Below, in pieces: positions 36,048-44,795 of a stretch of 64,000 bases of DNA. Origin of the DNA: a virus (lineage: Duplodnaviria > Caudoviricetes). A program made the translations under genes and the position numbers. Position 1 is the stretch's first letter. Each line of letters starts with the position of its first letter. The notes beneath the pieces were generated by a model. It worked only from the letters and a program-made list of their open reading frames with translations. It searched no databases and had not been told where the DNA came from. Where the stretch lies: IMG/VR virus record IMGVR_UViG_3300042139_000023. One strand, written 5' to 3'.

Positions 36048-36395
36048 ATGCTGACGAGTGAGGGTCTGGCCAAGGGACGCGCCTGGGTGGCGACGCCGGA
36101 GGAGTACGAGGAGGCGGCGCAGCCGCACGTCCGGCAGCGCAACGAGCGCCGCCTGCGGGGCTTCAACTTCGAGATCATGATCGGTGGCCTATGCCGGGAC
36201 GGGGACTTCTCGTACCCCTACCCGGGCTACTACGGCACGACGGCCCCGGTCGTGGGCCTGCGCCGGGACCAGGCCGAGCACCTGACGGCCGAGCTGCTGA
36301 AGAAGCTGGCCCCTGGCGGCGAACTGCCGACCGACGCGGCCGAGCTGTTGGACTTCGTGTCCACTGTGCTCCGCAACGGCTCCGCCCCTGCCTGA
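36048..36395 (+). CDS. Hypothetical protein
   Basis: RBS GAGAGGGAGAAG. Confidence 0.8.
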   Translation: MLTSEGLAKGRAWVATPEEYEEAAQPHVRQRNERRLRGFNFEIMIGGLCRDGDFSYPYPGYYGTTAPVVGLRRDQAEHLTAELLKKLAPGGELPTDAAELLDFVSTVLRNGSAPA

Positions 36396-36398
36396 CGG

Positions 36399-36446
36399 GA
36401 GGCGCCCCAGGGTTTCCGGCTGCGACCGGAGGCCCGAGAGCGCCGC
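36399..36446 (+). ncRNA. Intergenic structured element, family 2 (copy d)
   Basis: GAGGCGCCCCA-GGGTTTCCGG..CCGGAGGCCC-GAGAGCGCCGC. Confidence 0.55.
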
Positions 36447-36620
36447 CCACGGGTGGCGCAAGTCGGAAGGGAGGTGAGTCGGATGAGCAACGACGACGAG
36501 TGGGAGAAGGCGGGCCGGGAGGCCGAGGAGATCCTGCGGAGGCTGAAGGGCTGACCCGCAGGCAGAAGCGCAGCACACCACGTGAGCACAGAGAACTGCA
36601 TCCGCGAGAAGGAGAAGAAC

Positions 36621-36749
36621 GTGACGCAGGAGACGCCCCAGACCCCGCCGGACATGATCAACGTCCCCGTCCCGGCCGACACGCCGCCGCCGGAGGCCAT
36701 CTCGGTCACCCCGGAGAACGCGCAGCAGATGGACGCCGACAAGAAGTAG
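36621..36749 (+). CDS. 42-aa Pro-rich peptide
   Basis: RBS GAAGGAGAAG; MTQETPQTPPDMINVPVPADTPPPEAISVTPENAQQMDADKK. Confidence 0.55.
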   Translation: MTQETPQTPPDMINVPVPADTPPPEAISVTPENAQQMDADKK

Positions 36750-36810
36750 CGGGCCGACGGCGCCGCTCGGGGCGGCCGGGAGACCGGCCGCCCTCCCGGA
36801 AGGGGGAGAC

Positions 36811-37179
36811 ATGCACGAACAGGATGTGTGGCGGGTGCGGTTCACCCGGGAGCACGGGGAGCTGTGGTCGCAGACCCTGGAAGGGCTGATGACCTTCCGG
36901 TACGGGTCCAGCGGGACGTGGGCGGCGCATGCGGCCCTGATCCACTGGACCCGGGCGTGCGGGGTGCCGGGCAGTGCCGACAACTACCCGATGCGGTACC
37001 TGGCCGAAGCCATCCGCATGAAGGACGGTGAGGAGATCGTTGCCGGGAAGGCGACCGCCGTCCGGGACTCCCTGAACGGGAAGTTCCTCAACGAGAACCA
37101 GGTCGACATTCTCCAGTTCACGCCGGAGGGGACGCTGATCCACACCCGGGAGAGCTGGACCGTAGCCGAAAGGCACTGA
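36811..37179 (+). CDS. Hypothetical protein
   Basis: RBS GAAGGGGGAG. Confidence 0.8.
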   Translation: MHEQDVWRVRFTREHGELWSQTLEGLMTFRYGSSGTWAAHAALIHWTRACGVPGSADNYPMRYLAEAIRMKDGEEIVAGKATAVRDSLNGKFLNENQVDILQFTPEGTLIHTRESWTVAERH

Positions 37180-37195
37180 AGGAAGGGAGTGGGGC

Positions 37196-37420
37196 ATGGC
37201 TCTCACGCTCACGAAGGAACCGACGCCGGAGATCACCGGCCCGATCACGATCAGCGCCGAGTGGAACCACTCGTGCACGTCGCAGTGCCCGAACCCGTGC
37301 CCGGCGTCGTCCCGGTTGACGCAGCCGGGCGTCACGGCCCGCATCCCGCAGCAGCCGGGGCCGCAGTCGCCCCCGCCGAAGACGCCGAAGGTCCCGCAGC
37401 AGCCGGGCCCCCGGGACTGA
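37196..37420 (+). CDS. Pro/Gln-rich small protein with PQQPGP x2
   Basis: RBS GAAGGAAGGGAG. Confidence 0.6.
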   Translation: MALTLTKEPTPEITGPITISAEWNHSCTSQCPNPCPASSRLTQPGVTARIPQQPGPQSPPPKTPKVPQQPGPRD

Positions 37421-37447
37421 GACCCGAACGAGGAGAGGGAGAAGATC

Positions 37448-37891
37448 ATGGGCGAGTGGACGATGCACGGCCAGGTGTGGGCCGACGACGGCGACGTGGG
37501 CGGGGACACGCAGATCGGGAAGGCGGCAAGCGTCCGGTTCGTGAACCCGGACTGCCCCGGCGCCCGGGTCACGGTGTACGCCTACGCCTCCGCTCCCGAG
37601 CGCTCGATCGAGGCCAAGGTCGGTTCGATCGAGGTGTTCATGGGCTACGACGCCGACCTGGGCAACCTCGGGATCGAGTCGCAGGTCTGGTTCGAGATCG
37701 ACGACGACGCCGAGGGCGACGCCGACGAGTGGGACCCGACCTGGTCGGAGATCAGGTACGAGTCGCTGGACTCGTACATCGCCCCCGGGCCGGACGAGAA
37801 GCGGGTGGCCGTGGCCGAGGCGGCGGCGCTCGCCTGGGTCCGGGCGTACGACCCCAAGAAATTCATCAACTGGGACGGCAAGCGGTTCTGA
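37448..37891 (+). CDS. Acidic hypothetical protein
   Basis: RBS GAGAGGGAGAAG; D/E-rich. Confidence 0.8.
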   Translation: MGEWTMHGQVWADDGDVGGDTQIGKAASVRFVNPDCPGARVTVYAYASAPERSIEAKVGSIEVFMGYDADLGNLGIESQVWFEIDDDAEGDADEWDPTWSEIRYESLDSYIAPGPDEKRVAVAEAAALAWVRAYDPKKFINWDGKRF

Positions 37892-37966
37892 GCCGGTGCG
37901 TTCGGGGCGGCGGGAGCTGTGGGTTCCCGCCGCCCAGTGCACATCGGACGGAAGGAGAGGGAGAGC

Positions 37967-38938
37967 GTGAAGAGGTTCGAGGACGCCGAGAAGGTCACCC
38001 CGCAGCAGCTCAAGGGCATGACCCCGACACAGGTGGACGAGCTGTTCGCCGTCGCCTGGGATCACCGGTACGAGCTGGTGGAAGAGGTGTACGCCGCCTG
38101 GAACGAGGTGCACTACGCCGTCGGTGACCGCCGGGTCAGCACGCAGACGTGGCGCCTGGGTCATCAGGAGGTGCAGGACAAGGCCGCCGGGACCGAGCGG
38201 GGCCGCAAGGCGCTCGACCGGGTGAACCGGGCGAAGGGTTCGGTCGCCGAGCTGGACGGCACCGTGCTGGCCAAGCTGGAAGCCGAGTTCGACAGCCGGG
38301 GCGGATGGTCCCGGGCCTACCTGGTCACCGATGGCCACGTGCACAGCTCGATGCACTGCTCGTCGTGCAACCGGGGCGAGTTCCCGACCCGCTTCTTCTG
38401 GATGATCGACTACTCCGGGAAGAGCATGGCGGAGATCGTCGAGGCCGCTGGGGAACGGGCCTGCACCATCTGCTACCCGGATGCGCCGGTCGCCCGCAAG
38501 GACAAGGGTGAGACGGTGAACGTACCGAAGTCGGTGATGCTGACTTCCGAGGAGATCCAACGCGACGAGGCCAGGGATGCGGAGGCCAAGCGCCGGGCGG
38601 AGAAGAAGGCCAAAGCCGCGCTGAACGCCATCACGCAGCCCGACGGCACTCCCCTGCGGGACGAGGTGGACCGGGACGGCAGGCAGAAGGGCTCGGTCGT
38701 GAAGACCGTGCGCACGGCCCGGACCGAGCTGAAGCGGCAGTGCTGGTACGCGTACGCCTGGGGCGACGACGACGGCGCTCACGAGCGGAACATCCAGCAC
38801 CTGGGCAGGGCCGTGGCCTGGAAGGAGAACGGCCTGGCGATCGGGGACGAGCCGACCGCCGAACAGATCGAAGCGGTGATCAAGCCGCTGCGGGACAAGG
38901 CCGTGAAGGAAGTCGACAAGGCCCGAGCAGAGGGCTGA
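37967..38938 (+). CDS. Conserved-type actinophage protein with Zn-binding HVHSSMHCSSC...CTICYP
   Basis: GGWSRAYLV..GHVHSS..C..C...CxxCYP motif family; function unknown. Confidence 0.8.
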   Translation: MKRFEDAEKVTPQQLKGMTPTQVDELFAVAWDHRYELVEEVYAAWNEVHYAVGDRRVSTQTWRLGHQEVQDKAAGTERGRKALDRVNRAKGSVAELDGTVLAKLEAEFDSRGGWSRAYLVTDGHVHSSMHCSSCNRGEFPTRFFWMIDYSGKSMAEIVEAAGERACTICYPDAPVARKDKGETVNVPKSVMLTSEEIQRDEARDAEAKRRAEKKAKAALNAITQPDGTPLRDEVDRDGRQKGSVVKTVRTARTELKRQCWYAYAWGDDDGAHERNIQHLGRAVAWKENGLAIGDEPTAEQIEAVIKPLRDKAVKEVDKARAEG

Positions 38939-38952
38939 AGGGGAGCGAGAAG

Positions 38953-39489
38953 ATGAACGAGACCACCATCCGCATCATCCACTGGATCTGGGGCGAGCCG
39001 AAGCTGGCCGACTTCCTGCGCGGCATCGCCGAGGGGGAGAAGATCCCGCCGCATGACGAGGCGTTCGAGTACGGGGACGACCAGCTCGCCTGCTGGATCT
39101 CCGACCTCGTCTTCCCGGAGGACCGCAGCCGGGGGATCAAGGCGTGGATCGACCTGGGCGGCAGCGACGAGCGGGCCGACGCCCTGTACGAGGCGCTGAC
39201 CGAGGGCCGCAAGACGCCCGCCGGGCGCCTGAAGTGGCTCGACGAGATGGACATCGGCCTGATCCGGGACGCCCTGCTGGGGCACAAGGGAGGATCGGAC
39301 ATCTACGTCCACTCCCTGGTCAAGCCGTACCACCCGAACAACACCTACCGGGTGCACGACTTCGGGACGGTCTACGAGCGGGGATGGACGTCGGCCTCCG
39401 GCGCCTGGGGGCTGGCCGAGAAGGACCGGCAGGTCTGCCCCAACCCGACGGTCTCACCGTGCGGGTGCACGGTGGTGCAGCGTGGCTGA
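38953..39489 (+). CDS. Hypothetical protein
   Basis: RBS AAGGGGAG. Confidence 0.75.
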   Translation: MNETTIRIIHWIWGEPKLADFLRGIAEGEKIPPHDEAFEYGDDQLACWISDLVFPEDRSRGIKAWIDLGGSDERADALYEALTEGRKTPAGRLKWLDEMDIGLIRDALLGHKGGSDIYVHSLVKPYHPNNTYRVHDFGTVYERGWTSASGAWGLAEKDRQVCPNPTVSPCGCTVVQRG

Positions 39490-39826
39490 ACTGGCCTGCA
39501 CCTGCGGTCCCGGCGATTCGGTCGCCGGGACCCGGCGGGAGATCGTCGAGCAGCGGCTGGCCGGACTCTTCAATCTCACGGTTCCCGAGGTTCATGCTCT
39601 GCTGGATCTGCTGGACCGCGCGAACGAGGCTGCACTGGACATCCCGGATGATGAACGGGACCCGGAGGGCGGGGAGACCGAACGCCAGATGGCCCGGGAA
39701 TCCGGCCGCACCGAGGGCTGGATCAAGAACTTCCTGAGCGCCTGGGAGTTCACGTCCACCGCACTGGACCAGGAACTGCACGAGAAGCACGGCCCGTGGG
39801 GCGGGCTCTTCGGCAAACAGTCCTGA
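39482..39826 (+). CDS. Hypothetical protein
   Basis: Overlap-coupled. Confidence 0.75.
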   Translation: MAELACTCGPGDSVAGTRREIVEQRLAGLFNLTVPEVHALLDLLDRANEAALDIPDDERDPEGGETERQMARESGRTEGWIKNFLSAWEFTSTALDQELHEKHGPWGGLFGKQS

Positions 39827-39842
39827 ACAACTGGAACTTCAC

Positions 39843-39853
39843 GGCCTAGGTCA
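39843..39853. promoter_or_regulatory. GGCCTAGGTCA palindrome (copy 5)
   Basis: Intergenic, followed by TAGTAT. Confidence 0.6.
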
Positions 39854-39902
39854 GTAGTATTCGAGGGCCCCGGGAGAACCGGGGCCCGGGAGGAGAGACG
39901 GG

Positions 39903-40250
39903 ATGCAGCAGATGGACGAGTACCGGCGTACGGCGGAGTTCGTGGACGTGGTGGCCGGTGAGCCGGGCCAGGTGCACACGGTGTACCGCTTCCCGAACAC
40001 GGAGCACGGTCACGGCCGGGCGGTCGAGTACCGCAACGCCTACAACGAGTCCCTGCGCGAGGCGATGGAGATCCCGAAGGCCGATCTGGAACTGGAGCGT
40101 CCCGACTGGGGCCAGCGCCGGGAGGAGTACGACCGGGCGGAGAAGGTCGAGCTGTACCGGTACAACCAGGCGGGCCTGTCGTACGTGCACCCGCCCAAGC
40201 TGATCGGGCCGAACGACCCGATGCCGACCGACTACCCGCACGAGTTCTGA
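39903..40250 (+). CDS. Hypothetical protein
   Basis: RBS GAGGAGAG. Confidence 0.8.
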   Translation: MQQMDEYRRTAEFVDVVAGEPGQVHTVYRFPNTEHGHGRAVEYRNAYNESLREAMEIPKADLELERPDWGQRREEYDRAEKVELYRYNQAGLSYVHPPKLIGPNDPMPTDYPHEF

Positions 40251-40261
40251 GGAGATCCGGG

Positions 40262-40573
40262 ATGGCTGCTGGACTGACCCGCGAGACCACGCACTACATC
40301 GTCCATTCCACGGTCGTCGACCCGGGACCGAACTCCACCTTCGGCACCTCTCCCCCGTACTCGGGTGAGCGGGCGCTGGAGCGGGCCGTCAAGGCGGCCC
40401 ATCAGGAGTTGCGGGGGCGGCGCCGGGCGTTCGTGACGGCCCGAGACGACGCAAGCCGGATCCTCGCCGTGATCCCGGTCGTGGACTACCCGGTTTTCGG
40501 GGACACGCACGTCCCCGAGCATGCGCAGGACGCCATCACGGCCCTCTTCGAGGGGCTGGACTGGACGATCTGA
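40262..40573 (+). CDS. Hypothetical protein
   Basis: RBS GAGGAG. Confidence 0.75.
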   Translation: MAAGLTRETTHYIVHSTVVDPGPNSTFGTSPPYSGERALERAVKAAHQELRGRRRAFVTARDDASRILAVIPVVDYPVFGDTHVPEHAQDAITALFEGLDWTI

Positions 40574-40660
40574 CCCGGACGAAACCGGGCCCCTGGGAAG
40601 GGCTCCCGGTAGGCGGAACAGGACCGCCCTGACGAGTCCCGTCAGCACGGAGAGGAGAAG

Positions 40661-40981
40661 GTGAACGTGAATGCCGAGCTGCCCAAGTCGATCGAGACGG
40701 TGACTCTCGCCGACATGCCGGTGGGGATGACCGCCTACACCGTCCCCTGGGCCATGTATGCGGACCAGGACAGGAAGTTGTGGCTCGACCCCAACTTCAC
40801 CTTCGAGAGGAAGTCGGGTGGCACCGTTCAGATGCGGGTCACGCGCCTTGACGAGGGCTTCCGGGTGGGCTACGTGCCCGGGGAGACGTACGAACCCGGG
40901 AACGGTCGAGCCTCCGATAAGGACGGCCTGCCCGTCGTCGCACTGACCGGGGCACCCGAAGCCGACGACACGAACGCCTGA
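40661..40981 (+). CDS. Hypothetical protein
   Basis: RBS GAGAGGAGAAG. Confidence 0.8.
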   Translation: MNVNAELPKSIETVTLADMPVGMTAYTVPWAMYADQDRKLWLDPNFTFERKSGGTVQMRVTRLDEGFRVGYVPGETYEPGNGRASDKDGLPVVALTGAPEADDTNA

Positions 40982-41005
40982 CCCACGAACGGATCGGAGA
41001 AGAAC

Positions 41006-41359
41006 ATGCCGGTGAGCTACGCCTTCAAGAAGGACGACGGGACCGACCAGGACCCGGCCACCGACCTGAGTCCGGCACAGCAGGCGTTCCTGGCCCTGAG
41101 CGAGATGGGGATCGGGATCCCCCGGCTGGACCGCAGCACCCTGGACGAATTCGTACGCCGCGCCGACCTGTTGCAGGCGTACGTCGGCATCGTGTGGCGC
41201 AACGGTGACGGGACGCCCCGGATCTTCACCCGAGCCGACTTCGTCGAGCTGCTGCCCGGTGCCCGTACCAACTGGACGGCCCGTAGCAAGCGGGACTTCG
41301 ACCAGGCCATGAAGAAGGAGATCGACGCGTACTGGAGCAGCGTCGACAGCCGGAAGTGA
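41006..41359 (+). CDS. Hypothetical protein, paralog of 49815..50150
   Basis: GIPRLDRSTLDEFVRRADL. Confidence 0.8.
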   Translation: MPVSYAFKKDDGTDQDPATDLSPAQQAFLALSEMGIGIPRLDRSTLDEFVRRADLLQAYVGIVWRNGDGTPRIFTRADFVELLPGARTNWTARSKRDFDQAMKKEIDAYWSSVDSRK

Positions 41360-41368
41360 GGGACGCCC

Positions 41369-41671
41369 ATGGTGGCGGACGAGAAGGGTGACGAGTACGA
41401 GGAGACGGCGATCGGCTATGCCATCGGTGTCCTCACGTACATGCAGAACGGCGGGAAGCTGTCGAGCATCGAGGCGACCGCCTCGGAGATCGTCCGGCTG
41501 GCCGGTCGGGAGCTGGCACAGAAGATGCCCGGCCCGGAGAAGGCCCGGGTGCTGATGGAGTCGGTCGAGGAGATGCGGCTCCGGCACAACAACCTGAACG
41601 CCGACGCGGTGTTCGAGGACATGATGGCGCAGGCGAGGAATGCCGGGCGCCTTCGGAGTGAGGGGAAGTAG
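41369..41671 (+). CDS. Hypothetical protein
   Basis: Co-oriented ORF. Confidence 0.75.
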   Translation: MVADEKGDEYEETAIGYAIGVLTYMQNGGKLSSIEATASEIVRLAGRELAQKMPGPEKARVLMESVEEMRLRHNNLNADAVFEDMMAQARNAGRLRSEGK

Positions 41672-41674
41672 AAC

Positions 41675-42121
41675 GTGGACAGCTTCATCAACGTGGCCGC
41701 CGCCGTGGTGACGACGCACGAGAGCGGGATGTACCGGAAGGGCGCCAACGCCGCCGCCGATCACGTGGTCGAGGCGATCGGGAAGTACGGCAAGTGGGTG
41801 GTGCTCGCCGCCGCCGAGCTGCACGAGAACTGGCCCGACGCGTTCGAGAACATCCCGGCCGACAAGGTCATGGAGTTCCTGGAGGAGAACTACCTGCACG
41901 CCGGGGCCACCATCGCCCACGCGCTGGAGACCTACGCCAAGGACGCCGGGGACCACACCGAGCTGGGCCGCCTGTACAACGCGCTCGACAAGGCGGGCGG
42001 CGTGGACCGGTTCGACTGGGGCTCGTACGCCGACGACGGCATGACCCCGACGATCGGCCTGCACTTCGTGCAGATGCCCACTCCGGCCGATGAGAACTCC
42101 GTCTTCATCTTCGGGAGCTGA
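41675..42121 (+). CDS. ArdA C-terminal-like antirestriction candidate
   Basis: FLEENY...ALETYAKD...RFDWGSYADD resembles ArdA F-E-E-x-Y...YFDYE-x-YARD. Confidence 0.45.
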   Translation: MDSFINVAAAVVTTHESGMYRKGANAAADHVVEAIGKYGKWVVLAAAELHENWPDAFENIPADKVMEFLEENYLHAGATIAHALETYAKDAGDHTELGRLYNALDKAGGVDRFDWGSYADDGMTPTIGLHFVQMPTPADENSVFIFGS

Positions 42122-42124
42122 GCC

Positions 42125-42442
42125 GTGCCGTGGCAGTCCGACCGGGGCGCGGTCCGGGAAGCCCTCATCGAAGCGAAGAAGATCAACGGCGTCGACCTGG
42201 GTCCTGCGACGCTCACGGAACAGGCCGGGGCGAGTGACAGCAACACCTGGTTCTGCCTCACGGGAACGTGGCGCCTGTACGCCCGCTTCCTGGCATCCGT
42301 GGCGGCGATCGATCCGCAGACCTCGGACATTCTGGACTTCAACATGAACCCCCGGGAGGCCGGGGACGGGGTGATGCACTTCTTCTTCATGGGGTGCGAG
42401 CTGGTCGACATCAGAAAGGGGAACGGTGCGAGGAGCGAGTGA
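42125..42442 (+). CDS. Hypothetical protein
   Basis: Co-oriented ORF. Confidence 0.7.
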   Translation: MPWQSDRGAVREALIEAKKINGVDLGPATLTEQAGASDSNTWFCLTGTWRLYARFLASVAAIDPQTSDILDFNMNPREAGDGVMHFFFMGCELVDIRKGNGARSE

Positions 42443-42842
42443 CCTGCTCGACTGGTGGACGGTTCCGGGTGCCCGCTGGGGAGTCCGGAACATCGACTTC
42501 AAGATCGAGCTGAAGCGGGACGGGGTGGCCAGCCCGGTCCTGCTGGAGGGGTACAGCGAGGAAGACCTGGCCGCGTTCGACGGCGGGGACTGGCAGTTCG
42601 TCATCGTCCGGGTGGTGCCGGTGGACCGGGACCTGACGGACCTGGTCAGCGCCGAGCGGTTCATCCGGGGTGTGGACTGGGGCGACCTGCCCCAGGGCCG
42701 CATCGACCGGGAGGACGTGACCGACGCGCAGGCGAAGGAGCTGGCCATCGAGTCGGTCCGGGCGCTGCGCAGCTTCGGAGTCACCGTCGAGACGGAACGG
42801 GACAGCGAGTTCGCCATCCCGCGCATCACGGCACCGTTCTGA
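42426..42842 (+). CDS. Acidic hypothetical protein
   Basis: Co-oriented ORF; start uncertain. Confidence 0.7.
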   Translation: MRGASDLLDWWTVPGARWGVRNIDFKIELKRDGVASPVLLEGYSEEDLAAFDGGDWQFVIVRVVPVDRDLTDLVSAERFIRGVDWGDLPQGRIDREDVTDAQAKELAIESVRALRSFGVTVETERDSEFAIPRITAPF

Positions 42843-42917
42843 ACGAGCCCTGCGGAGCCCTCGCTGAGGGCCCCGTGGAGTCCGGGTCAGCCGGTGGAAA
42901 CGGAAGGGAGAAGAGGG

Positions 42918-43139
42918 ATGTTCACACTGGTGCTGTGCTTCCCGAGGCAGGGGAAGCGCCCGCAGTCGCAGAACACGGTGACCGGGGGCCACGTGCCGCA
43001 GATCGGTTCGACGATCAACACGACCGGGATGCGCTCCGGCTGCTGGCGAGTAACCAGCGTCGGGCAGGACGCCAGCGAGGAGACCTTCAGCAGCACGGTC
43101 TACGTCTACCTGGCCGACACCTACGAGGAGAACGACTGA
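42918..43139 (+). CDS. Hypothetical protein
   Basis: RBS GAAGGGAGAAG. Confidence 0.7.
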   Translation: MFTLVLCFPRQGKRPQSQNTVTGGHVPQIGSTINTTGMRSGCWRVTSVGQDASEETFSSTVYVYLADTYEEND

Positions 43140-43483
43140 TGGGCCACCACATCAAGGTCGAGCGGTACGGCCTGGACCACAAGCTGGAGAGCAGCGAGGA
43201 GTTCAACGCGCCCTCGTGGGAGGGCATCTGGCAGGCCGTCGAGGGCGAGATGGAGCGCACCGGCAAGACGCCGAGCGGGATGGAGGGCTGGGAAGAGGGC
43301 GGCTGTGTCCTGGACCCGGACCACGACTGCGACGCCGAGCCCAGCAAGTGCCAGGAGAACTTGAAGGAGGCGATCCGGGACTGGATCAAGTCGGCCTGGG
43401 AGCACAGCGAACTCCAGACCGGCAGCTTCCACTTCGGCGGCGCGGACTGGTCGTCGGTCACCTTCGGATGGGACGGGAAGTAG
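43139..43483 (+). CDS. Acidic hypothetical protein
   Basis: TGATG coupling. Confidence 0.75.
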   Translation: MGHHIKVERYGLDHKLESSEEFNAPSWEGIWQAVEGEMERTGKTPSGMEGWEEGGCVLDPDHDCDAEPSKCQENLKEAIRDWIKSAWEHSELQTGSFHFGGADWSSVTFGWDGK

Positions 43484-43486
43484 ATC

Positions 43487-43807
43487 ATGAGCAACGAGGA
43501 CAAGCTGCGCGTCAAGGAAACGCCGACCCGGGTGGAAGGCCAGCCCGTGATCAAGGGCAGCTTCCTGGGGTGGCAGCCGGACCTGGTCCTGGCGAAGACG
43601 CCGGGCTACTTCGCCTTCGTCGTCACGTACGACACGAGCCCCGAGCGCAACGGTGACCCGGACGCCTACAGCGTCCACCTGATGCGGGCCACCTCGCTCG
43701 ACGGCCGGTGGCTGCGCATCGACAGCCGCCGGAATCTGTTCTGGAGCGAGGCCGAGTCCGCGTTCAACGAGCACGACAAGCTGGCCATCCGGCCGGGGAG
43801 GATCTGA
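43487..43807 (+). CDS. Hypothetical protein
   Basis: Co-oriented ORF. Confidence 0.75.
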   Translation: MSNEDKLRVKETPTRVEGQPVIKGSFLGWQPDLVLAKTPGYFAFVVTYDTSPERNGDPDAYSVHLMRATSLDGRWLRIDSRRNLFWSEAESAFNEHDKLAIRPGRI

Positions 43808-43809
43808 AC

Positions 43810-44139
43810 ATGGCAGGCATCCGCATCGCCGAGCGTGACGGCACGAACGTCCTGCACCCGACGGTCTGGGTCGACCCGGACGAGGTGCCGGTCATCTTCG
43901 TGATCGTGAAGAGCGGGGCAATGGCGCTCGCTCACCCCGACTACATCGGCTCGACGCTGTACGACATCGAGCAGGGTGACCTCTCGATCGAGGAGGCGTG
44001 GGACTTCATCCAGGTGAAGACCCCGAAGATGCCGTTCCCGCAGCACTGCCACATCCGCAGGCTGACCGGGACCGGTGGCGGCGCCGAGATCGTCGTCAAG
44101 GGCCAGGTCGTGCACCGGATCGCGGGGGTGAACGAGTGA
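43810..44139 (+). CDS. Hypothetical protein
   Basis: GGGGAGG RBS. Confidence 0.75.
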   Translation: MAGIRIAERDGTNVLHPTVWVDPDEVPVIFVIVKSGAMALAHPDYIGSTLYDIEQGDLSIEEAWDFIQVKTPKMPFPQHCHIRRLTGTGGGAEIVVKGQVVHRIAGVNE

Positions 44140-44441
44140 GCCCCTTCGAGAGGCCCAAGGAGATCGGGGAGCGACCCGGGCCGGGCGAGCTGGACCTGAA
44201 GTGGACCTACCTCAACTGGACGAAGTCGTACTACTTCGACATGTGGCGGTCGGAGGGTCTGGACACCCTCAACTTCACGGACCCGCGCATGAACCCCCAG
44301 CCGCGCGAGCTGGAGGGCGGGTCGCTCGACATGATCCTCACCCGGCAGAGAATGGTCGAACTGCGGGACACGCTCACGTACCTGATCGACAACTGGGGCC
44401 AACCGTGGGCGCGCGAGTCCCACCCGGAGCAGCCGGAGTGA
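44136..44441 (+). CDS. Hypothetical protein
   Basis: GTGA coupling. Confidence 0.7.
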   Translation: MSPFERPKEIGERPGPGELDLKWTYLNWTKSYYFDMWRSEGLDTLNFTDPRMNPQPRELEGGSLDMILTRQRMVELRDTLTYLIDNWGQPWARESHPEQPE

Positions 44442-44788
44442 GCGTCAAGATCAAGGACGCCATCGGACTGGGATGTGCGGTCGCCACGGTGGCCATCTGG
44501 GTCGCCGTGGCGTGCTCCGGAGGGGACGACGAGCCTCGCCTTCCTCCGGTGGGCGACACCTCGATCTCGGCTCCTGTCGAGACCGAGGTGGTGCGGGATC
44601 CTCTTCAGGACCAGTTCGACACCGCCTGGAGCGGGCTGGACGACGAGACCAGGGCTTCGTACTGCTGGGCCCTGGAGTCGATGACCCCGAGGGAGCTGGC
44701 CGAGTTCAGCGCCGAGCTGACCGGCCAGAACACGGACGACTGGGAAAAGGTCGCCGTCATGATCAACGAGAAGTGCTCGGGAGAGTGA
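44438..44788 (+). CDS. Lipoprotein-like protein, paralog of 15986..16327
   Basis: VAVA|CSGGD; AWSGLDDETRASYC. Confidence 0.7.
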   Translation: MSVKIKDAIGLGCAVATVAIWVAVACSGGDDEPRLPPVGDTSISAPVETEVVRDPLQDQFDTAWSGLDDETRASYCWALESMTPRELAEFSAELTGQNTDDWEKVAVMINEKCSGE

Positions 44789-44795
44789 GAAGAAG

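Noticed and set aside
37196-37420. RiPP precursor
   Set aside because: No recognisable modifying enzyme, peptidase or transporter nearby; kept only as a Pro-rich micro-ORF.
40232-42829. Very long antisense ORFs (865 aa here; also 19426..21501, 37118..38800, 61486..63381, 960..2483, 3998..5443)
   Set aside because: Typical stop-poor antisense frames of high-GC coding DNA. They overlap well-formed genes that have RBSs and coupled starts, and show no protein motifs.
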